Assembly: GCA_963678065.2 (NCBI GenBank)
Contig: CAXXVZ010000003.1
Coordinates: 160,001 to 224,000, forward strand
Direction of reading: 5' to 3'
Length of the DNA stretch: 64,000 nucleotides
Source of the DNA: Treponemataceae bacterium
GTDB lineage: Bacteria; Spirochaetota; Spirochaetia; Treponematales; Rectinemataceae
Part shown: positions 18,123 through 28,000 of the stretch, piece by piece
Numbering within the stretch: the first letter of the stretch is position 1
Layout of the letters: each line of letters begins with the position of its first letter
The notes under the pieces: generated by a model
What the model saw: the letters and a program-made list of their open reading frames with translations, nothing else
Database searches by the model: none
What the model was told of the DNA's origin: nothing
Made by a program: the position numbers and the translations under genes

Positions 18123-19454
18123 ATGCTTGAGTCCCTGAGCGAAAAATTCGTCGATATCGTCCGCAGCCTCGGCGGAAAATCGACAATAACCGAGAAGAAT
18201 GTCGACGAAGCCGTCGAACGCATCAAGATCGCCCTCCTCGAGGCCGACGTCAACATCAGGGTCGTTCGCCGTTTTGTCAACTCGACGCTGGAGGAGGCCC
18301 GCGGCGAGAAGGTTCTGCGCGCCGTCAGCCCCGCCGAGCAGTTCATCAAGATCGTCCACGACAAGATGGTCGCCCTCCTCGGCGACACGCGTCAGGACCT
18401 CCAGCTGCGCGGCCCCGACACCCAGAGCGTCATCCTCCTCCTCGGACTTCAGGGCTCCGGAAAGACCACCACGGCCTCGAAGCTCGCCAACCTCCTGAAA
18501 GGCAAGGGGCGCAAGGTCCTCCTCGTGGCCTGCGACCTCGTGCGACCGGCCGCCGTGGAGCAGCTCGCCGTACTCGGAAGCCAGGTCGGAGTCACGGTCT
18601 ACCGCGAGGACACGAAAGACGCCGTCCGCGTGGCCGAGAACGCCATGCAGCTTGCACGCCGCGAGGGATACGATACCGTCATCGTCGACACGGCTGGACG
18701 CCTTCAGATCGACGAGGCCCTCATGGCCGAACTCGTCCGCATCCGCAATGCCGTCAAACCTGTGGAATCCCTCCTCGTCGCCGATTCCATGACGGGCCAG
18801 GCCGCCGCCGAAATAGCCAAGACCTTCGACGAGAAGGTCGGCATCACGGGCGTCATCCTCTCCAAGTTCGACTCCGATGCCCGCGGCGGCGCGGCCCTCT
18901 CGCTGAAGTCCGTCACCGGAAAGCCGATCAAGTTCATCGGAACGAGCGAGCGGGCCGACGGCATCGAGCCCTTCTACCCCGAGCGTATCGCCGGCCGCAT
19001 CCTCGGCATGGGCGATGTCGTCAGCCTCGTCGAGAAGGCCCAGAGCGTCTACGATCAGAAAGAGGCCGCCCAGCTCGAAGAGAAGATGGCCACCGAGACC
19101 TTCACCCTCCAGGACTACCTGGAACAGATCTCCAAGGTGAAGAAGATGGGCTCGGTCAAGTCGATGATCGACATGATTCCGGGACTCGCGGGCCAGGTCA
19201 CCGAAGACCAGATCGATACCGCCGAGATGAAGCGCGAGGAAGCTATCCTCCTCTCCATGTCCAAGAAGGAAAGGAACAACTACCTCATCATCGGCCCCTC
19301 GCGCAGGACCCGGATCGCCAAGGGCTCCGGCACCTCGGTCGCCGAGGTGAACCGCCTCCTCAAGAAGTTCGAGAAGACCAAGCTCATGATGAAGAAGATG
19401 ATGAAGACCAAGGGCAAGAACGACTTCGCGAAGCGTTTCGGGATCGGCAAATAG
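18123..19454 (+). CDS. ffh: signal recognition particle protein
   Basis: ALLEADV, GLQGSGKTT, DTAGRL, DARGGAALS, Met-rich M domain. Confidence 0.98.
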   Translation: MLESLSEKFVDIVRSLGGKSTITEKNVDEAVERIKIALLEADVNIRVVRRFVNSTLEEARGEKVLRAVSPAEQFIKIVHDKMVALLGDTRQDLQLRGPDTQSVILLLGLQGSGKTTTASKLANLLKGKGRKVLLVACDLVRPAAVEQLAVLGSQVGVTVYREDTKDAVRVAENAMQLARREGYDTVIVDTAGRLQIDEALMAELVRIRNAVKPVESLLVADSMTGQAAAEIAKTFDEKVGITGVILSKFDSDARGGAALSLKSVTGKPIKFIGTSERADGIEPFYPERIAGRILGMGDVVSLVEKAQSVYDQKEAAQLEEKMATETFTLQDYLEQISKVKKMGSVKSMIDMIPGLAGQVTEDQIDTAEMKREEAILLSMSKKERNNYLIIGPSRRTRIAKGSGTSVAEVNRLLKKFEKTKLMMKKMMKTKGKNDFAKRFGIGK

Positions 19455-19534
19455 ACCTTGGGATACGTCAATGTACGCCGCCATCGGCCCGGAGCGTTCC
19501 GCGGGTCAGCCGGCCTTCTTTCCGCTTGAGCCCC

Positions 19535-19564
19535 TTTACATTCGGAAGCCTGAACGGATATACT
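19535..19564 (+). promoter_or_regulatory. sigma70-type promoter of rpmB
   Basis: TTTACA-18-TATACT. Confidence 0.55.
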
Positions 19565-19594
19565 GCGCCCACAATTCCGGCTTGGAGTCATACT

Positions 19595-19786
19595 ATGGCA
19601 AGAAAATGCGAAATCTGCGGCAAAGGCACGATCTTTGGAAATACTGTTTCCCATGCCAAGAACCGCTCCCGGAGAACATGGTTTCCCAATCTCCTCGAAG
19701 TAAAAACCAAGGTCGAAGGCACGGTGAAGTCGGTGAAGATCTGCACCCGCTGCCTCAAGGCCGGCAAGGTCGTCAAGTACGTCTGA
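19595..19786 (+). CDS. rpmB: 50S ribosomal protein L28 (Zn-binding CxxC form)
   Basis: MARKCEICGK...GNTVSHA...WFPNL...CTRCLK. Confidence 0.97.
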   Translation: MARKCEICGKGTIFGNTVSHAKNRSRRTWFPNLLEVKTKVEGTVKSVKICTRCLKAGKVVKYV

Positions 19787-19811
19787 TTTCTTTTCAGACT
19801 GATTGGACAGG

Positions 19812-19840
19812 AAGGGCTTCCCAGAGGGGAAGCCTTTTTT
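19812..19840 (+). terminator. intrinsic terminator of rpmB
   Basis: GGCTTCCC/GGGAAGCC stem followed by T6. Confidence 0.75.
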
Positions 19841-19867
19841 ATGCCCCGGAGATCAATAACAAGAATC

Positions 19868-19910
19868 AAAAACAAGGGCCGTCCCGGATTCCTTTCCGGG
19901 ACGGCCCTTT
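19868..19910 (-). terminator. intrinsic terminator of the convergent gene
   Basis: 15-bp perfect stem AAGGGCCGTCCCGGA/TCCGGGACGGCCCTT, T-run on the minus strand. Confidence 0.7.
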
Positions 19911-20015
19911 CACTATCTCAAGAATTCCGCAGGATGATCGCCCGGAGGGAATCGGTCGCCGGGCAAGGCCTCAGGCCGATTCCCTCCGGAGCCGACTGTC
20001 GGCAGACGGAGTCGC

Positions 20016-20498
20016 TCAGTACCTCCCGTGCATGCCGCCGAAGCCTGATCCCTGCCCCATCATTCCGCCCATCATGCCTTCCTGCATCCCGAGTCCGGCC
20101 ATGGCCTTCGCGGAGAGATCGATGACCCTGCTTCCGAGAGTCAGCTTCTCGACGTGGAAGACGAAGCTGTCCTTGACCGACGGAATGGCGAATTTGTAGC
20201 CTTCGAGCTTGACTTGGGCTCCTTCCTTGAAGCCGTCAATGAAACCGTAGAGCATTCCGGGAAGCCGCACGTAATAGGTGAGGGCTCCGTCCTTGATGGC
20301 GGGCGAGCCGTTCACGAGTTCGAGTTTACCCTCGATCGTTTCGATGACGGGGGCGGTGGGAAGATTTGCCTGGCTCCGCGCCATAGGCTCGAAGCCGGGT
20401 CCGCGGCCGGGACCGGGTCCGTAACCCGAGAAACCCTGGGCTGAAACCGCTCCGGTGAGGGCGATGGCGATGACGAGGGGAAGAATAGCTTTCTTCAT
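20016..20498 (-). CDS. secreted hypothetical protein with Gly/Pro N-arm and Gly/Met-rich tail
   Basis: Signal peptide MKKAILPLVIAIALTGAVSA; CAGGAG RBS; beta-rich core. Confidence 0.8.
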   Translation of the reverse strand: MKKAILPLVIAIALTGAVSAQGFSGYGPGPGRGPGFEPMARSQANLPTAPVIETIEGKLELVNGSPAIKDGALTYYVRLPGMLYGFIDGFKEGAQVKLEGYKFAIPSVKDSFVFHVEKLTLGSRVIDLSAKAMAGLGMQEGMMGGMMGQGSGFGGMHGRY

Positions 20499-20570
20499 GA
20501 TGAACTCCTGGAAGATATGGATTGCCGGGCCGAATGCCCGGCGTCGACTGTTGGTCGACGTGAATTCATA

Positions 20571-20587
20571 TGCATTAATCGTACCAA
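20571..20587 (-). promoter_or_regulatory. sigma54-like promoter
   Basis: TTGGTACGATTAATGCA (GG-N10-GC) with an AT-rich tract upstream. Confidence 0.55.
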
Positions 20588-20892
20588 CAGTCGTGAAATA
20601 GTATGGAAAATTTTGAGAATATTTCTAACTTGTTTTGATGCAATCAGTTGGTAGCGAAGGCGCCTGAACGTACCCGCGGGCACGCGATGGGCCTGGCCGA
20701 ATTCTCCGCGCTCCTTCGGGTGGAATGGCGCGTCGTTTGGGAAAATTTTTCCGCGGCCGCGCAGGCTTTTCCCCTCGAAGAGTGCGCAGGGTATCCGGAT
20801 TCGCTGTTCTTGGTTTTTCGAAGGCTTTGAAGTATGATCGGCACTGCAATATGCCGATAAGTAATCGAGACCAATTCCGGAGAACTACGCGA

Positions 20893-21924
20893 ATGCCTTC
20901 CCGTACATCTTTGATCCCTGTTGCGCTTTTTCTTCTGTTTACGCAGACCGCCCTCTTCGCGAAGGACAGGGGCAATGCTCCGCGTCCTTTTGCGGGAGTC
21001 TGGACGAAGCCCCTGAGCCAGGACTTGGCGGCGCCGCGCCCCTACTCTGTGTTTCCGAGTCTTTACTACACCTCTCGCCTCGCAAAACTGCCGGACGGCG
21101 TGCCGCAACGGTATCTTCCGGGGTATCCTCCGCCCGACATCATGGACCGACTTCCGGTGATCGCGAACAATCAGATTCTCGCGTTCTACGGCAGCCCCAT
21201 TTCCAAGAAGATGGGCATCCTCGGAGTCTACCCCAAGGAAGAGCTGACGAAGATGCTCCTCGAGTACGCGCGGCTCTACGACGACGCCAACGGCCCCCTC
21301 GGGGTCGTTCCGGCGTTCTACCTTATATATGGAACATGTTGGCCCAAAGGCGAAATCGGCTATCTCGACGATTCCATCGCTGAAGAGTATATCCGCTACG
21401 CCGCGGAGCGTGGCATCATCGTCTTCATCGACCACCAGATCGGCCGGTATTCAGTCGAGGCATCCATGAGCCGCATACTGCCCTTCCTCAAGTATCCCAA
21501 CGTGCATCTGGCCATCGATCCTGAATGGAGAACCCTGAAACCCATGCAGGAGATCGGTTCGATCACGGCCGCGGAACTCAACGCCGCGCAGAGGCAGATG
21601 CAGGACTATATTGTCGCGAACAATATTCCGGGACTGCGGATGCTCGTCGTCCATCAGTTCCAGGACAGGATGATCACGGAGCGGGAAACGGTGAGGGCGG
21701 ATTTTGACCGGATTCTCCTCATCCATACCGCCGACGGATTCGGTTCGCCAGCGCTCAAAAGACACTCCTACGCGCAAAACGCCAAGGCGGCGAACATTCC
21801 CCTCAAGGGTTTTAAACTGTTTTTCAAATCCGGAGTTCCGGGGGCGGGATTCGACGAACCTCTCCTGTCCCCTCCCGAGGTTCTGGCCCTCGATCCGGAA
21901 CCGGTCTTGGTGATGTATCAGTAG
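20893..21924 (+). CDS. conserved exported hypothetical protein (possible TIM-barrel hydrolase-like)
   Basis: Signal-like N-terminus; AFYG.P...MGILG, HLAIDPEW, VVHQF, DGFG, GFKLF, MYQ end; start uncertain. Confidence 0.75.
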   Translation: MPSRTSLIPVALFLLFTQTALFAKDRGNAPRPFAGVWTKPLSQDLAAPRPYSVFPSLYYTSRLAKLPDGVPQRYLPGYPPPDIMDRLPVIANNQILAFYGSPISKKMGILGVYPKEELTKMLLEYARLYDDANGPLGVVPAFYLIYGTCWPKGEIGYLDDSIAEEYIRYAAERGIIVFIDHQIGRYSVEASMSRILPFLKYPNVHLAIDPEWRTLKPMQEIGSITAAELNAAQRQMQDYIVANNIPGLRMLVVHQFQDRMITERETVRADFDRILLIHTADGFGSPALKRHSYAQNAKAANIPLKGFKLFFKSGVPGAGFDEPLLSPPEVLALDPEPVLVMYQ

Positions 21925-22033
21925 TTTTCGGAAAGGAATGACGATATGTTACGGGAAAGCATGTCTGGAACGGAGTCGATTCCGGGCCACGGCATCACGG
22001 AACCGCGACCTTGTGCATAGAGGAGGCTTCTGT

Positions 22034-25000
22034 ATGAAGGCTGGGCGACTGAAGATAGTATGCTGTGTGTTTGCAGCTTTTGTTTGTTCCGTGCCGCTCA
22101 TGGCCTACGACCCTCCTGCGGGCGCCGTGTATGTTCCCGCCCTGACCGCTCCGGGGACTCTCGTCTCGTCGGGCAGCGACACCGGCTCGGGAACGGAGGC
22201 GGCCCTCGATCCCTCCTCGAGCGCAAACCCCGCATGGCAGGCCGGAGCCCGCCTGAAGCGGCTCGACGCGGCCTATCTCGGCCTTACGGACTGGGGCGTC
22301 GCGACTCAGGGCTGGGGTTCGGCGGCATCCCTGTCCTACACGCTTCCCAAAGCCTATGGTGTCTGGGGATTCGGACTCCGTTTCCTGTCCGTTCCCAGCG
22401 CCATGACTCAGCTCCCTCTCGGGACCTTCGGGGAAGGGCGGGTTTCCTTTGCCAAGCAGGTGTTCTCCAACCTGGCCCTCGGAGCGGGAGTCTCCGCGCA
22501 GGCAGGTGGCAATGGAAGTTTCGGATGGGGCGCGGGTCTCGACCTCGGGTTCCGGCACGACATCGGCGACGCGGGATTCCTGAAGGCCCTGAGCTGGGGA
22601 ATGTCACTCTCCACCATCGGCAAAGGTTTCTCCTACGCGATACCCTCCCCTGTAAACGGCGTCTTCGGCACGGCTGCGACAGCCATCACGACACCCTTCA
22701 CCCTCGGCATCGAGGCGCGGGGCTTCCTCGTGAGGACAGAAAACTGGCGCATCGGCCTCGGCCTCGGCCTCTCGACTCCAGGTTTCGGCGACCTCGATTT
22801 CAAGGCCGACCTCGGCATCGGGTATAGGGATATCTTCTCTCTCGGCGTCGGCTGGGACGCAGGGCTCAAGGATCTTCGCGCGACAACGAGCCGGAGCCTT
22901 CTGCCCTCGGTGGGGCTCTCGGTCACCATCCCCCTCGCCGGAAACGGTTCGCCCGAGGCCCCCGGCTCGATCACGACCTCGGCGGCCTACGCTCCCCTGT
23001 ACGGCGACGTATCCGCTGTCGGCGGAGGAGTCGGCATCACTTTCGGAAAACGCGACAAGTCAGCGCCCTCTGTCACCCTCGATCTCCCTGGTGCCCCGCA
23101 CGAAACCTACTACCTCTCTCCCAACGGCGACAATGTCCAAGACAGTCTCGAGATTCCTGTCCGCGTGAGCGACGAAGGCTACCTCGCGGGATGGTCCTTC
23201 AGGGTCGAAGACAAGGCCGCCGGAAAAATGATCTTCCACAAGGAGGTCGAGCGAAAGCTTCCCGACCATTTGGCGGGAGCCTCCAGCCTCGCCGAGGGAC
23301 TTGGCTACGTGAGGGCCAGTCTTCCCGTGCCGGCAAAACTTGTGTGGAACGGCTACACCGACGAGGGCAGGCGTGCCCCGAACGGCGCCTATCTCGTCAG
23401 CTTCGAGGCCTGGGACGACGAGGGGCGCCGCAATGCCGACTACATCAACTGCCTTACCGTCGTCGTCGACAACGACGCGCCGAAGGTCTCCGTGTCCGGC
23501 ATCGACAAGAACAACATTTTCAGCCCCGACGGGGACGGCATCCGCGAAAGCATCCAGTTCCGCCTCGGTGGATCCGTGGAGAAGCTCTGGAAACTCGATA
23601 TCCAGGACAAGGACGGATCCGTCGTCAGGACGGAAAAGTGGCCAAACCAATCGCCTCCCGATTTTGTGTGGGACGGAACCGACGACAAGGGCACCGTTGT
23701 GCCGGACGGCACCTACTCCCTCCATCTCTCCGCGTCCAAGGAATCGGGCTTCGCTGCCGCGAAGACGATCGAGGGCATCGTAGTCGACACCCGCAGGCCG
23801 GCTGTCGCCGTCGAGCTCGTCGGCAATATCATGAGTCCCAACGGAGACGGAAAGAAAGATTCCATTGTAATCAGACCCAAACTCGAATCGAAGTCCGGAC
23901 TGGAGAAGTTCCGGGTCTTCGTGCTCGACGTGGACAGGAAGGAAGTCTGGTCGGTGTCCGGAACCGATCCTGCACGGCTCCTCGATTCCTACACGTTCAC
24001 CGGCAAGGATGCCGCGGGAAAGACTCTGCCCGACGGTCTTTACGAGGCGGGAATCAGTCTCGAATACATAAACGGATACAGTCCGCAGAAATTCAGTCCG
24101 CCCATTTTGGTCGATTCGACTCCGCCCTCCGCCGTTCTGGCGCTCAACGATCCCAACCGCGTTTTCAGTCCGGATGGAGACGGATCGCGGGACAGCTACG
24201 CCTTCTCGATCACTGGGTCTAAGGAAGATCTCTGGACCCTCGTCATGAAGAATGAGGCTGGCGCCGTGGTCCGAACCCTCGAATACAGGGACTCGGAACC
24301 CGTCGAGTTTGTCTGGGACGGGCGCGACGACAAGGGAAAGGTCGTGCCTGATGGAAAATACCGCCTCGAACTGAGCAGTACCGACAAGGCAGACAACTCC
24401 GCCCGCTTCGTCTCCGAGCAGGTCGTGGTAGACAACCGCAGGCCGGCCCTCAAGATGCTCATCGACTGGACCGATTTCAGTCCCAACGGAGACGGAATCC
24501 GCGATACGGTCAGGCTCGTCCCGAACCTCGAGTCCAGGGATGGGCTCGTTTCCTGGAAGGTCTCGGTCTCCGATTCATCCGGCCGGGAAGTCTGGAAGGT
24601 TTCAGGCACGGACCCCGCTGCTTTGAAGGACAAATACGATTTCGACGGCATGGACCCCGCGACGGGCAAACTCCTGCCCGAAGGCGCCTACCAGGCGAAG
24701 ACCGAACTCGTCTACGCCTCAGGCTACATGCCCCAGGCTTCGACCCCCGTCTTCAACCTGGACGCGACGTATCCCGTCGTCACGCTGAAAGCGGATGATA
24801 CTAATATTTTCTTCAGCCCCGACGGTGACGGAGTGCGCGACAGCCTGTCGTTCGCCATAAAGGGATCGAAGGAAGATCTCTGGTCCCTCGAAGTGCGCAG
24901 CGAGGACAACGTCCTCGTCCGCCTCGTCGAATTCCGCGATCGGGAGCCCGAATCCTTTGTCTGGGATGGCAAGGACAATTTCGGAAAGACTTTGCCCGAT

Positions 25001-28000
25001 GGAACCTACACTCTGACTATCGCCTCGACAGACAAGGCAGGGAATGCCTCCAAGCCGGTTTCTGCGACGGTGAAGATAGACACGCGCAAGCCAGTGGTGA
25101 CGCTGAGTGTGGATCGAGATGCGTTCAGTCCGAACGGGGATGGGATCAAGGATACGGTGACGCTGAGTCCGAAGCTGGAGCAGAAGGACGGGATACTGAG
25201 CTGGAAGCTGTGGGTTCGGGATCTAGCGGGGAAGGATATCTGGACAGTCTCAGGAGACGGGACGGCGCTGCCGGCAGGGGCGTACGTGCTGGACGGGAAG
25301 ACGGATGGGACTGGTGCGAAGGTGATATGGCCGGAAGGTGAGTACAAGGCAGGGATCGAGCTGGTGTACGCGTCGGGGCCGAGTCCGAAAGCGGAGACGG
25401 GGAGTTTTGTGCTGGATGCGACGTATCCGGCGGCGAGCCTTACGGAGAAGGAAGCAGGGTCGGTGTTCAGTCCGGACGGGGATGGGGTGAAGGATGTGAA
25501 AGCCTACGCCATCACGGGGACGAAGGAAGAGTTGTGGGTTCTGGAGATCAAGGATGGTGCTGGGCAGGTAGTGCGGTTGCAGGAATACCGGAATGCATCG
25601 CCGGAAGAGTTTGTGTGGGATGGGCGGGACAACACGGGCAAGATAGCGCCGGATGGGAGCTACGTACTTGAGCTGAGGAGTGAGGACAAGGCGGGGAACG
25701 CGGTGAAGCTGGTATCGCGGGCGGTGAAGATAGACACGCGCAAGCCAGCGGTATCGGTGGGAGTGGACAAGGACGCGTTCAGTCCGAACGGGGACGGGAT
25801 CAAGGACAGTCTGGAACTGACGGTGAAAGTGCCGTTGCGGGAAGGGTTGACGAAGTGGAGTGTTCGGATAGTCGGGAAGGCAGGGAACACGGTATGGAGT
25901 CGGGAAGGGAGTGATCCTGCTGGGCTTGGGGATAAGTATGTGCTGGATGGGAAGATCTCGGTAGCTGGTGCGAGTGGAGCGGAAGTGTCGCAGTGGCCGG
26001 AAGGGGAATACAAGGCGGTGATGGAGCTGTCGTACGACTCGGGGTATGAGCCGAAGGCGGAGACGGGATGGTTCCTGATGGACTCGGTGTTTCCGAAGGC
26101 GACGATGGAAGAGAAGGAGCCAGGGACGGTGTTCAGTCCGGACGGGGATGGGGTACGGGATGTGAAGGGCTGGACGATCACGGGATCGGTGGAAGAGCTA
26201 TGGACTCTGGAAGTGAAGGACAAAGCGGGGAAGGTAGTTCGTTCGGTGGAATACCGGAACGCGAAGCCGGAAGATTTCGTGTGGGACGGTCGGGACAATG
26301 TGGGGAAACCCGCATCAGATGGCGAGTATGTGGTGGAGTTAAGGAGTGCGGACAGGGCGGGGAACGCGGTGAAGCTGGTATCGCGGACGGTGAAGATAGA
26401 CACGCGCAAGCCAGTGGTGACGCTGAGTGTGGATCGAGATGCGTTCAGTCCGAACGGGGATGGGATCAAGGATACGGTGACGCTGAGTCCGAAGCTGGAG
26501 CAGAAGGACGGGATACTGAGCTGGAAGCTGTGGGTTCGGGATCTAGCGGGGAAGGATATCTGGACAGTCTCAGGAGACGGGACGGCGCTGCCGGCAGGGG
26601 CGTACGTGCTGGACGGGAAGACGGATGGGACTGGTGCGAAAGTGATATGGCCGGAAGGCGAGTACAAGGCAGGGATCGAGCTGGTGTACGCGTCGGGGCC
26701 GAGTCCGAAAGCGGAGACGGGGAGTTTTGTGCTGGATGCGACGTATCCGGCGGCGAGTGTTACGGAGAAGGAAGCAGGGTCGGTGTTCAGTCCGGACGGG
26801 GATGGGGTGAAGGATGTGAAAGCCTACGCCATCACGGGGACGAAGGAAGAGTTGTGGGTTCTGGAGATCAAGGATGGTGCTGGGCAGGTAGTGCGGTTGC
26901 AGGAATACCGGAATGCATCGCCGGAAGAGTTTGTGTGGGATGGGCGGGACAACACGGGCAAGATAGCGCCGGATGGGAGCTACGTACTTGAGCTGAGGAG
27001 TGAGGACAAGGCGGGGAACGCGGTGAAGCTGGTATCGCGGGCGGTGAAGATAGACACGCGCAAGCCAGCGGTATCGGTGGGAGTGGACAAGGACGCGTTC
27101 AGTCCGAACGGGGACGGGATCAAGGACAGTCTGGAACTGACGGTGAAAGTGCCGTTGCGGGAAGGGTTGACGAAGTGGAGTGTTCGGATAGTCGGGAAGG
27201 CAGGGAACACGGTATGGAGCCGGGAAGGGAGTGATCCTGCTGGGCTTGGGGATAAGTATGTGCTGGATGGGAAGATCTCGGTAGCTGGTGCGAGTGGAGC
27301 GGAAGTGTCGCAGTGGCCGGAAGGGGAATACAAGGCGGTGATGGAGCTGTCGTACGACTCGGGGTATGAGCCGAAGGCGGAGACGGGATGGTTCCTGATG
27401 GACTCGGTGTTTCCGAAGGCGACGATGGAAGAGAAGGAGCCAGGGACGGTGTTCAGTCCGGACGGGGATGGGGTACGGGATGTGAAGGGCTGGACGATCA
27501 CGGGATCGGTGGAAGAGCTATGGACTCTGGAAGTGAAGGACAAAGCGGGGAAGGTAGTTCGTTCGGTGGAATACCGGAACGCGAAGCCGGAAGATTTTGT
27601 GTGGGACGGTCGGGACAATGTGGGGAAACCCGCATCAGATGGCGAGTATGTGGTGGAGTTAAGGAGTGCGGACAGGGCGGGGAACGCGGTGAAGCTGGTA
27701 TCGCGGACGGTGAAGATAGACACGCGCAAGCCAGTGGTGACGCTGAGTGTGGATCGAGATGCGTTCAGTCCGAACGGGGATGGGATCAAGGATACGGTGA
27801 CGCTGAGTCCGAAGCTGGAGCAGAAGGACGGGATACTGAGCTGGAAGCTGTGGGTTCGGGATCTAGCGGGGAAGGATATCTGGACAGTCTCAGGAGACGG
27901 GACGGCGCTGCCGGCAGGGGCGTACGTGCTGGACGGGAAGACGGATGGGACTGGTGCGAAGGTGATATGGCCGGAAGGTGAGTACAAGGCAGGGATCGAG

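Noticed and set aside
19471..20199. 242-aa plus-strand ORF
   Set aside because: Overlaps rpmB out of frame and crosses two terminators
21938..22033. Upstream ATG for the giant gene
   Set aside because: ATG 22034 has AGGAGG and begins a signal peptide; the extra 32 residues would bury it
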